From an uncultured virus (IMG/VR IMGVR_UViG_3300002220_000147) (taxonomy: Duplodnaviria; Heunggongvirae; Uroviricota; Caudoviricetes; Crassvirales): a DNA stretch of 64,000 nt. Numbering within the stretch: the stretch's first letter is position 1; each line of letters begins with the position of its first letter. Positions 56,601 to 64,000 of the stretch are shown one piece after another. The stretch lies in IMG/VR virus record IMGVR_UViG_3300002220_000147; one strand, written 5' to 3'. The position numbers were made by a program, and so were the translations under genes. Under the pieces are notes generated by a model. That model did no database searches, was not told where the DNA came from, and saw nothing but the letters and a program-made list of their open reading frames with translations.

Positions 56601-57066
56601 AGACAGTTTTAATGGAAGAACAGGAGTTGTAGTTTTACTTAAATCAGATGTAGAAGCTGTACTGACTGGCTTGATAACAAGTCATACACACAATTATGAT
56701 AACTATCAAAATTGGTTATTAAAATTAAATGGAACAGGTGTAAGATATGTTGTAAGTACAAGTTCTCTTAATTTTCAAGCTGGTGATGGAATAAGTATGG
56801 CATTTACCTCATCTACTGATACATTATTAATTACTAATTTAGATAGATTTCCTGGATTTGATCTTACAAATGATAAAGCAGCAAGAGGAAATCATACTCA
56901 TAGTACATATGTATTAAAAGCAGGTGACACTATGACAGGAGCTTTAGTAGCAGCAGCCAATTCAACAGGATCAGTTACTCAGGTAGCCAATGTTAGATAT
57001 GGTACTTCAGGTACAATGCCAACAGGAACTCCTAATGGAACTATTTACATAAGATACACAGCTTAA
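53671..57066 (+). CDS. tail fibre protein
   Basis: Repeated modules (YLRGDG.W, YLPLSGGT, NADLLDG, SFN.RTG.V, HTH); ATTANITLSG...LVKNQ..NGIY. Confidence 0.85.
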   Translation: MADFNLKDDLLGFGRAQLKYMLFYNSTFEDLTLFTHRKGLFFYDTTTDTIEILHDNTDKWRTTLNIVSVNDPLYSSDDALNGKLLIGTSAYGTVKGFKPLTEGFLKSDLNGILSSQQYITFEDIEPTDYTTVISAPGLDTRFATEKAIVDYVASATFSAQDNILDWDGTKYLPFASKKGSNPGYAYFFSGTASYPSYNNVLNLDAYFRTANIQVRQGATQYSIIDPTYFSVTNTGYTTKVEVDTVEIQGRIYGTVISNSRSLPIRIGSKSIVGAENAESILIDDYNQLFNIDMTTVRLNKGTALKYLYLDANKNITYVDAPSGSNPLSVTDGIFNLDITGDNLTVSPFSTETSNAFYTSPIISIGADPPTEANVVLNFNGALRTTYLYEGTKRVMTEHGAQISDGTMHAVTDMFNAGFCPALPDTGGNTKYLRGDGTWQIITSGGTVNPLTVTDGILNLDITNDVLTVSPFLSKSTGTLYTGITVPDSVITTLNYDGIFRSTQLYEGNVRVMTTHGNWAANGSLHAVVTSSHAGFTPQLPLSGGSSLFLRGDGIWSSPVFTEADTLTTVSARGSVTPTILTYNESKVFTNPYSLITKEYADAVAVGISPKLPVDAATTANITLSGEQTIDGYSAVTSKRILVKNQSTQTNNGIYTVASGAWTREADSATWADLYKGYYVVLNGTVNGGSSYICTIASTGTLGADPVTYQLFSAPSVIIGGNGLTKTGSTLDVNVDNATIEIVTDTLKVVDNVFQPYDLDLVSIAGLSGTTGILKKTAANTWVLDTSTYITGTVVTSFNTRTGAVTLSKADVEAVLTGLITTHTHNYLPLSGGTISGNLTVTGTTTLNAVTKVGTTMITNFNADLLDGYHASDFSLYHTHPYLPLSGGTVTGNLVVNGTTTLNGITKIGTTMVTNLNADLLDGNHASAFALASHTHPYQPLDTDLTYIAALTGNGRLVRYVDNSWGLETTNFLTGTKVDSFNGRTGVVVLLKSDVEAVLTGLITSHTHNYDNYQNWLLKLNGTGVRYVVSTSSLNFQAGDGISMAFTSSTDTLLITNLDRFPGFDLTNDKAARGNHTHSTYVLKAGDTMTGALVAAANSTGSVTQVANVRYGTSGTMPTGTPNGTIYIRYTA

Positions 57067-57067
57067 T

Positions 57068-58300
57068 ATGCCTTTAAGTTTAAATGTTAACGGTCAGTGG
57101 AAGAATATGGATACAAGTACTCCAGGAGGAGTATATGTAAATATAAATGGTGTATGGAAAGTTGCTAGTGAGGGTTGGATTAATATAAATGGAACATGGA
57201 AAAAAATATTTCCTGAAGGTAATGAGCCAATACAAACTATATCTGCAGGAGCATCTATGTCAGTTGCTTGTAATGGTTCTTATTTTATGGTTGCAGGTTC
57301 ATTTAATTTGAGTGGCACTGTTTATGCATTTGCTAAATCAAAAAGTAATTTTAATGCTAATTATATAATAATTCATACAGGATATTCTTCTCCAGGTTAT
57401 GTACACTATAGATATTATTCATGGTCTATTGATGGAGAAACCTGGACTACAGAATCTGGTTTTACTACTGAATACTGGTCATTTCATGGTGCAAATTTAT
57501 TTAGCACTTCAGAAATTCCAGGAGAAGTTAATTGTGCAACCTCAATAGCTTGGAACGGTACTGTATGGGTAGGGGGAGGGTGGAGTGATGGCTCTACTAA
57601 TTCCTTGGTAGTATCTTCAGATGGAGAAACATGGATAGGTAAAGGAGATACTGTACTTAGAATAAATACTATAGCGTGGAGTGGAAATACTTGGTGTGCA
57701 GCTGGACAAGCAACAGGTGGACAAATGAATGTAATTTACAGCTCAAATGCTAATGCAAATACATGGACAGTTGGAACTGTAAAACCTTTTACTGATGTTG
57801 TATATGATGTACAAAATAATGGAGCTCAGTGGATGGCTACTGGAAAAGATACTGGTAGTAGTTATAGTACTATTAAATCTTCTAATGTGCTTAATTCATG
57901 GGTTACTCAAAATCCTATAGGGTTCTCGTGGCAAGCAGGAGGATTAGGATTAATAACATGGGATGGTGGAAATAATAGGTGGGTAATAGGAGGATTAAAT
58001 CAAGTAGCTAATGATGGTGGAATATATTATGCTACTGGAGATACTGGATATCGTAAAATGAATATGGGAACTGCGTTTAATACAGGCAAAGGTTTTATGA
58101 TATCTAATAACAGATATTTATATGTAGGTATAAGAAGTCCTATAGTACCACCAGATAAAGAATATCACGTTTGGAAAAGAAATAATGCAGATAATGCTTT
58201 TACATATGTACATGGATTTTCGCAACCTTTTGGGTTTAATCTTATGAAAAGAGTTTTTGCTACAAGATACGCTCCATTTGCAATTCCACCTTTAGTATAA
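57068..58300 (+). CDS. tail fibre tip / receptor-binding protein (beta-propeller-like)
   Basis: VNG.WK repeats; S.DGETW (Asp-box-like) and AWNG repeats. Confidence 0.65.
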   Translation: MPLSLNVNGQWKNMDTSTPGGVYVNINGVWKVASEGWININGTWKKIFPEGNEPIQTISAGASMSVACNGSYFMVAGSFNLSGTVYAFAKSKSNFNANYIIIHTGYSSPGYVHYRYYSWSIDGETWTTESGFTTEYWSFHGANLFSTSEIPGEVNCATSIAWNGTVWVGGGWSDGSTNSLVVSSDGETWIGKGDTVLRINTIAWSGNTWCAAGQATGGQMNVIYSSNANANTWTVGTVKPFTDVVYDVQNNGAQWMATGKDTGSSYSTIKSSNVLNSWVTQNPIGFSWQAGGLGLITWDGGNNRWVIGGLNQVANDGGIYYATGDTGYRKMNMGTAFNTGKGFMISNNRYLYVGIRSPIVPPDKEYHVWKRNNADNAFTYVHGFSQPFGFNLMKRVFATRYAPFAIPPLV

Positions 58301-58323
58301 ATAAAAATTAAAAACAAGATACA

Positions 58324-58614
58324 ATGAACTTACAACAATTATTTGGCAAATGGTTTGCCTTTTTAAGGGATAATCTAACTGCAAGAGGAACAACTATTGC
58401 TACAAAAAGTGATACAGCAGATGATCCTGCAGGAGAAGGTTGGATAATGACTTTAGTAGACGCTACTGTTGTAGCTTTACCTTCAGGTAATTCAGAAGGA
58501 GATACTATTACTTTACCTCTGCTTGCATTACAAGTATTACCTATAAAATTTAGAAGGGTATATTCAACAGGAACTGATGCAGTTACAGTTTACATATTAA
58601 ACAATGGGAACTAA
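58324..58614 (+). CDS. small structural (spike base-like) protein
   Basis: LPIKFRRVYSTGT motif. Confidence 0.55.
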   Translation: MNLQQLFGKWFAFLRDNLTARGTTIATKSDTADDPAGEGWIMTLVDATVVALPSGNSEGDTITLPLLALQVLPIKFRRVYSTGTDAVTVYILNNGN

Positions 58615-60460
58615 TTTAATTATAGGAAGTGTTATAGGATCTCAACTTGGGTCAAATGTGAACCCTGCTGAATATCTTGCATATCTTGAAAGAGTAATTG
58701 CAGATGGTGGAGTTATTGATGATACTCAATTCACACTTGACTATCTTAAATTCCTTAAACAGCAGAATATACTTGACAATACTAAACTTCTTATTGCACC
58801 TGAAATGGGTACAAAAAGGAGAGTGTCAGGTGTTAATACTTATTTGAGTAAAGCTTACAGTCCTAAATTACCTATTAATGACGCCTTTCAATCAACAGAA
58901 CTTAGTCAACCTTGGCTTAGTGGTAATATTGCACCTAATGAAAGATTAGCTTTAAAGAATCCTAATGGTGGTAGTAGGTTTTTAACACATCCTGACATTA
59001 GTTTTGGTGTTAATGAGGCTTGGAGTGTTAGTTTTGTAGTATCTCTTTTTGGGGATAGGGCTAGTAACTATAGATATATAGGTAGTAATAGTGGTGTGTT
59101 TGGATTACATTTAACAGTAAATAGTAATGATTCAGGTATTGTTCTTTATACAAACGGGTCTCCTTCTAGTATAAGTTCTGCGAACTTAACTTTAATTCTA
59201 AATAAACGTAAGTCTAAAACCACGATTATAACAATAACTTATAACAATTCTGAAGTTAATTTTTTTATTGAAAAAGATTTAGTACAAACAATAAGTGCAA
59301 CAACAGTTGCATTATTTCAAGGACTATATCCTTTAAGATATGGGAGTAATGCAAAAGGAATTACACATCAATACCGTATTCAATCAGGTGCAATGACACC
59401 TGAACAAGTTACTGCTGAATATAATTTTCTACGTGCAAGATTTCCTGAAATTGAATCTGTACAAATAGGTGAACAAACTTGGGCTACAAGTAATCTTGAA
59501 ATGGTTGCTACACCTCAAGGTAATGTTATACCTGAGATGCAAGCTAATGCTGCTGTTGAGAGGATTACTAATGATGCTGATAGGGAGTTTAGTAGTGATA
59601 CTGGTTATTGGGGAAAAGGAACAGGTTGGACTATTGAAGGAGGAGTAGCTAAAGCCACTAATGTCGGAGTAGCTTCTTTATTTAAAGAAGGGCTGCTTAT
59701 AGTTGGAAAATATTATAAAGTTACATATACTATACTTAACTATGTTAGTGGTAGTATGCGAATTGATACTTTTTCTAATGCTCCTACAAGAACTGCAAAT
59801 GGAACTTACACTGATATAGTAAAAGCTACTACTGTTAATTTTGGATTTACAAATATTGGTGGTGTTGGAACATATGATATTGACAATATATCTGTTCAAG
59901 AACTTGGTTGGGCTAACTCAACTGAAATCTATAATGCTGTATATGCAGCTACAGCAGGTACAGATGAACAGAAAACTTATGCAGCAGTTAAAGAAGCTGC
60001 AATGTGGTGTCATTACAATAATGATGTAACTCTTGGTGCTATTTATGGTAAGCTGTATAATTGGTATGCTGCTAAATTACTTCAGATGGATATTGATTAT
60101 TATAATGCTGCTAATCCAACTACGCCTTGGGGTTGGAGAGTCTCTGCTAAAGCTGATTTTGAAACAGTTGCTGTTACTTTAGGAGGTACTGCTGTTGCAG
60201 GAGGTAAGATGAAAACAAATACTGCTCATTGGTCTGCTCCTAATACAGGGGCAGACAATAGTAGTGGATTTACCGTATTAGGTTCTGGGGTAAGAAGTGG
60301 GTCTTCTGGTCAATTTTCAGGATTACAAGAAGAAGCAGCGAATAGAGTACCTGATATTGTAAATATTAGAATATTATTTTCTACATCTAATGCTCAAATG
60401 AATACTTCAAGTGAAACTAATATACAATTAGGTGGTAATTTACGTCTAATCAAAACTTAA
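58604..60460 (+). CDS. adhesin-like protein: LamG/ConA-like + Fibrobacter succinogenes major paralogous (Fib_succ_major) domain
   Basis: VQIGEQTWATSNL, WCHYNND, YGKLYNWYA, AGGKMK, DNSSGF. Confidence 0.75.
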   Translation: MGTNLIIGSVIGSQLGSNVNPAEYLAYLERVIADGGVIDDTQFTLDYLKFLKQQNILDNTKLLIAPEMGTKRRVSGVNTYLSKAYSPKLPINDAFQSTELSQPWLSGNIAPNERLALKNPNGGSRFLTHPDISFGVNEAWSVSFVVSLFGDRASNYRYIGSNSGVFGLHLTVNSNDSGIVLYTNGSPSSISSANLTLILNKRKSKTTIITITYNNSEVNFFIEKDLVQTISATTVALFQGLYPLRYGSNAKGITHQYRIQSGAMTPEQVTAEYNFLRARFPEIESVQIGEQTWATSNLEMVATPQGNVIPEMQANAAVERITNDADREFSSDTGYWGKGTGWTIEGGVAKATNVGVASLFKEGLLIVGKYYKVTYTILNYVSGSMRIDTFSNAPTRTANGTYTDIVKATTVNFGFTNIGGVGTYDIDNISVQELGWANSTEIYNAVYAATAGTDEQKTYAAVKEAAMWCHYNNDVTLGAIYGKLYNWYAAKLLQMDIDYYNAANPTTPWGWRVSAKADFETVAVTLGGTAVAGGKMKTNTAHWSAPNTGADNSSGFTVLGSGVRSGSSGQFSGLQEEAANRVPDIVNIRILFSTSNAQMNTSSETNIQLGGNLRLIKT

Positions 60461-60464
60461 CACA

Positions 60465-60746
60465 ATGAAATACTTAAAACTTTCAACAATCGAAGAATAT
60501 AACTCTCTTAATGATGCAGTAAGTGCTTCAAGAGGTTATCCAAATAACATTACAGGTACTACAAGATATGCTCCTGATGAACCTGAATTAACAGAGATTA
60601 AAAATGAAGAGGATGAAGTAATAGAATCCTATTATAAATTTCCTCTTGCAGAAGATATATTCCAGGTAGTTGCATTAATGGCAGGTAAATCACTTGTTAT
60701 TGATGATACTGAAATGGTAATTCCTGATGCCGGACTTAACCCTTAA
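60465..60746 (+). CDS. hypothetical protein (possible fibre chaperone)
   Basis: Small acidic ORF after the adhesin gene. Confidence 0.5.
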   Translation: MKYLKLSTIEEYNSLNDAVSASRGYPNNITGTTRYAPDEPELTEIKNEEDEVIESYYKFPLAEDIFQVVALMAGKSLVIDDTEMVIPDAGLNP

Positions 60747-60792
60747 CTGTTTTAGGTTCACCTTTACAACTTTTTGAAACAAATATGGAAAC

Positions 60793-61263
60793 ATGAAAGC
60801 ACTGATTGCAATATTAATCTTAATAACTTTTGCCGGCAAAGCTCAGATATTGCCGGCGGATGCTATCAAGCCTATTGCAATTAAATCAGGTTTACTGATT
60901 GTTTCAGGTTTTGCGGATGGTACAGCAGAGGTATTGAGGATTAACTACAATCAGTTTGATAAGGTATTCCCAAATGCTAATCAGGGCTATTGGAATCCTG
61001 ATAGGTCATGGACTAACAAATGGAAAAACGGCAACCCTGATGATGGCGATGCTTACCTATTCAGTTCAACGGCACTTGTTTGGACAACCGATGCTTACCA
61101 CATGGCTCGAATGGTACGTAACTGCACTATGATTACAGCAATGGTAATACCGATAGGGAAGCGTAAGAATTGGAAACAGTATGTAGTTGAAGGTTCAATC
61201 TACTACTTAAGTTATACTGCCGGTTTTACTTTGAGTTACAATGGAATATTCAAAATGAAATAA
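60793..61263 (+). CDS. secreted/membrane protein
   Basis: Signal peptide; YWNP..SW.NKWK, TDAYH motif. Confidence 0.6.
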   Translation: MKALIAILILITFAGKAQILPADAIKPIAIKSGLLIVSGFADGTAEVLRINYNQFDKVFPNANQGYWNPDRSWTNKWKNGNPDDGDAYLFSSTALVWTTDAYHMARMVRNCTMITAMVIPIGKRKNWKQYVVEGSIYYLSYTAGFTLSYNGIFKMK

Positions 61264-61265
61264 CA

Positions 61266-61472
61266 ATGGAACTAATCGCAAAATATCTGTTAGCTGGTTA
61301 CGCCTTGTTTTACGTGGCATTGATGTTTGTGTGGTTCTTCAATAAGAAACCGTTGCTGAAATATCTGAAATACTCAACCTTAATCCTGATTGTGCTGATT
61401 GTGTTTCTGATAGTCAGCCTATGGATTGAGGGTAAGTTGTTTCAGAATATAATTATTCATTCTTATTTTTAA
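61266..61472 (+). CDS. two-TM membrane protein
   Basis: Two hydrophobic helices. Confidence 0.55.
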   Translation: MELIAKYLLAGYALFYVALMFVWFFNKKPLLKYLKYSTLILIVLIVFLIVSLWIEGKLFQNIIIHSYF

Positions 61473-61476
61473 AATT

Positions 61477-61959
61477 ATGAAGATACAGGGTATAAGATCA
61501 AATAAATTTCTACCGAGAGCAATACAACTATTCATGTGGTTGTACGCAAAACTGCATGGAAAACCGCCTATTCATTGTTGCAACCATTGGTCTGTTATAA
61601 TCGGAAACATGGAATATGAGGCTATCGGCAAGGGTGTTGTAATGCGGCACTATTCAATCAAAGATCATTATTACGTGAAAGAGTGGGAAGTGCCTATTGA
61701 TAATCCTTTGGTGGTACTGTCTTATCTGCAAAAGCAGGTAGGTAAGGGTTATGAGTTCAGCAACTTCTTATTTCATATTCTCAAAGTGATGGGTTTCCGG
61801 TGGTTGGGAATATATAATGATAAGCGTTTCAGTTGCATTGAACTTGTGAATCGTGCCCTGCAAGTTGCAAAGATTGAAGGATTTAACAAGTTTGACAATC
61901 CTTATGAAACTCAGGCTAAACTTGATAAAATGTTTGAAGGTATTGTAATTAAAAAATAA
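61477..61959 (+). CDS. permuted papain-like NlpC/P60 (YiiX-like) protein
   Basis: NHWSV...YEA..KGV, GKGYEF, RFSCIELV (His before Cys). Confidence 0.75.
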   Translation: MKIQGIRSNKFLPRAIQLFMWLYAKLHGKPPIHCCNHWSVIIGNMEYEAIGKGVVMRHYSIKDHYYVKEWEVPIDNPLVVLSYLQKQVGKGYEFSNFLFHILKVMGFRWLGIYNDKRFSCIELVNRALQVAKIEGFNKFDNPYETQAKLDKMFEGIVIKK

Positions 61960-61996
61960 CTCAGCAATAAGTCTCAAAATACTAATATTACTTATA

Positions 61997-62293
61997 ATGA
62001 TTAATAAATTAATTGAAATAATAGAAACCCCTATGAAAGCCTCTGTAACCACAATAGCAGGCTTGATAACAGGATATGTTCCAACTACTGTAAATAATAT
62101 GTCTAATATAACAAACAACAGCATAGATACAATTTTTCAACATACTGTGTGGACATTGACAATATTAGTCGCTATTACAGCGTTAATTACATGGACACAA
62201 AAACAGATATTTTTTTATAGGAAAAAACATCCTTCTAAAAAGGTTGAAAATAAAAGCATATATGATATGCCAGAAGAAGAAGATAATGATTAA
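61997..62293 (+). CDS. holin-like membrane protein
   Basis: Transmembrane segment(s) and charged C-terminus; near the amidase. Confidence 0.5.
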   Translation: MINKLIEIIETPMKASVTTIAGLITGYVPTTVNNMSNITNNSIDTIFQHTVWTLTILVAITALITWTQKQIFFYRKKHPSKKVENKSIYDMPEEEDND

Positions 62294-62313
62294 TAACTAA
62301 AAAGAAGAAGACC

Positions 62314-62595
62314 ATGAAAAATCAAGTTGCAATGTACATTTACAATAATGCTCAACCATTAAAATCACTGGGAGGATTTGATTTGGCTAAAGCTATTGTG
62401 CTTAATCTTAAAAAAATTGAGACTGAGCTAATTGAAGTAATAAAGGAAATGGTAAAGGATAAAGAAAACCCTGAAGAAATCTTAACAGAAGTTTTTAGTA
62501 AGGATTGTGACATTAAATTTTTACCCGTAACTGAAGAAATGTTACCTAAAGATATTACTGTAGAGCAGTATAATCTTTTAATTAATTGGATGTAA
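62314..62595 (+). CDS. hypothetical protein
   Basis: Co-oriented ORF. Confidence 0.55.
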   Translation: MKNQVAMYIYNNAQPLKSLGGFDLAKAIVLNLKKIETELIEVIKEMVKDKENPEEILTEVFSKDCDIKFLPVTEEMLPKDITVEQYNLLINWM

Positions 62596-62598
62596 AAA

Positions 62599-62931
62599 AT
62601 GTGGATACCAGATATAATAAGAAATAGAGAACAATTTCAAAGAGATATTATAAAAAGTGGTTCGGGAATATCCTCAAAATCATATGTAATGGTAGAGGGT
62701 ATGAAGATATCTAAACTTATTATATACTGGTATCTTATAGTTTTAACCATAGAAATGTTTACTGACTATGTATTAAGAAGTAGTTGGTTAGATTTTGTTG
62801 CAGTAATAGGAGCTTTGAGTGCATTGATTCTTGCGGCTGCATGGGGTAAAACTAAGAGTGAGCAGGCTTATTATAGAAGATATAATTATGATTCGGATTC
62901 TCAAGAATCTGGAGAGCCTGAAGATAAATAA
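62599..62931 (+). CDS. putative holin
   Basis: ISSK motif, two TM helices; directly upstream of the endolysin. Confidence 0.55.
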   Translation: MWIPDIIRNREQFQRDIIKSGSGISSKSYVMVEGMKISKLIIYWYLIVLTIEMFTDYVLRSSWLDFVAVIGALSALILAAAWGKTKSEQAYYRRYNYDSDSQESGEPEDK

Positions 62932-62947
62932 AATTTAAATTAAAGAC

Positions 62948-63430
62948 ATGAAGAAGAAAATTAAGTTTTTAGTAATACATTGTACTGCTACTCCTGAGGG
63001 TAGAGAAGTTACAATACAAGATATTAAAAAGTGGCATCTATCTCCACCACCTGTTGGAAGAGGGTGGAAGCAGGTTGGTTATACAGATTTATTTCATTTA
63101 GATGGAAGTATTACAAGACTTGCTAAAAATAATGAAGATGCTTATGTGGATTCTTGGGAAATTACAAATGGAGTAGCTGGTATAAATTCAGTCAGCAGAC
63201 ATATTGTATATGCAGGAGGATTAGATAAAAAAACTAAAAAACCTAAAGATACAAGAACTGATGAACAAATGGAGTCTTTAGCTCAATATATTATATATTT
63301 TATACAAGATAATCCTGATGTATTAATCGCAGGACATTACCATTTTGCAAATAAAGCCTGCCCTTGTTTTGATGTTCCTGAATGGTTAGAATCAATTGGT
63401 GTTCCAAATCGTAATATTCTAAAGAAATGA
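62948..63430 (+). CDS. N-acetylmuramoyl-L-alanine amidase endolysin (T7 lysozyme-like)
   Basis: VIHCTAT, GWKQVGY, YAGG, GH...KACPCFD. Confidence 0.92.
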   Translation: MKKKIKFLVIHCTATPEGREVTIQDIKKWHLSPPPVGRGWKQVGYTDLFHLDGSITRLAKNNEDAYVDSWEITNGVAGINSVSRHIVYAGGLDKKTKKPKDTRTDEQMESLAQYIIYFIQDNPDVLIAGHYHFANKACPCFDVPEWLESIGVPNRNILKK

Positions 63431-63951
63431 AAAAAATAATTATATTTATAGGTTTATTGACTATGTTATCTTCTTGTGTAACACAAAAAGCCTGTAATAA
63501 AAAGTACCCACCTGAAGTAATAACAGAAATAGCTGAAAAGATTATTATCAGAGATTCAATAGTAGAAAAAATAATAAATGTTCCTGTATATATAAAGGGA
63601 GATACTATTAATAATTATGATACTGTTGTATTAAACAAATATACTGGATTAATTAATTCTAAACCTGTATACGCAGAAACTGAGTTTTCTAAAGCTGAAG
63701 CACAGGTTATTAATAGTAGACTTAGTTTAGAACTTATCCAAAAGGATACATTGTTTTCAGTACAGGCAATAGCGAAAGAAGCTTATTATTGGAGAGAAAA
63801 ATATAGAGAAGAACTAACTAAAACAGTTAAAGAGGTAAGATATATACCTAATTTTTATCATGTAATGGGGATAATAGGAGTTATCAGTTCTGTTTTATTC
63901 TTGGTATGGCTCATATTTAAACTATTTAAGAAACCAAAATTATTCTTATGA
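63427..63951 (+). CDS. spanin-like lipoprotein (lipobox + C-terminal TM)
   Basis: MLSS-C lipobox and C-terminal TM helix; coupled to the endolysin. Confidence 0.65.
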   Translation: MKKIIIFIGLLTMLSSCVTQKACNKKYPPEVITEIAEKIIIRDSIVEKIINVPVYIKGDTINNYDTVVLNKYTGLINSKPVYAETEFSKAEAQVINSRLSLELIQKDTLFSVQAIAKEAYYWREKYREELTKTVKEVRYIPNFYHVMGIIGVISSVLFLVWLIFKLFKKPKLFL

Positions 63952-64000
63952 CACTATCTGAACTATACAATGAATTGTGGTTAGATGTAAACTCATCTCA

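Noticed and set aside
1..64000. Stop-codon reassignment (TAG/TGA recoding, known in some crAss-like phages)
   Set aside because: Long genes are intact under code 11, and TAG and TGA end genes at sensible, often overlapping, boundaries
1..64000. CRISPR array, integrase, DGR/retron reverse transcriptase, rRNA
   Set aside because: No regularly spaced repeats or relevant protein motifs seen

Overview
AT-rich 64 kb segment of a lytic crAss-like (Crassvirales-type) phage. Bacteroidota-type TTTG-N19/20-TAnnTTTG promoters point to a Bacteroidota host. It uses the standard genetic code. The left arm (1 to ~30 kb, minus strand) holds replication and early/middle genes: family A DNA polymerase, primase, DnaB-like helicase (apparently frameshifted), SF2 helicase, AAA ATPase, SSB, UDG, RusA-like resolvase, a PD-(D/E)xK nuclease, an ECF-like sigma factor and an LMW-PTP-like protein. 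The right arm (~30.5 kb to 64 kb, plus strand) holds packaging, virion and lysis genes: TerL, portal, MCP, five ring-protein paralogues, hub and fibre proteins, amidase and a spanin-like lipoprotein. Four things stand out. (1) A contiguous phage-encoded ubiquitin-like conjugation cassette, Ubl(-KSG + extension)-E2-JAB-E1, at 6062-9707. (2) Two group I introns whose splice sites can be read directly, both at GGT|AGA; one carries a GIY-YIG endonuclease with its own internal promoter. (3) A class-3-type intein starting with Asp in TerL. (4) A cluster of oversized tRNA-like and other structured non-coding elements at ~25.1-30.5 kb. All protein calls come from motif recognition and gene order, not from database searches.
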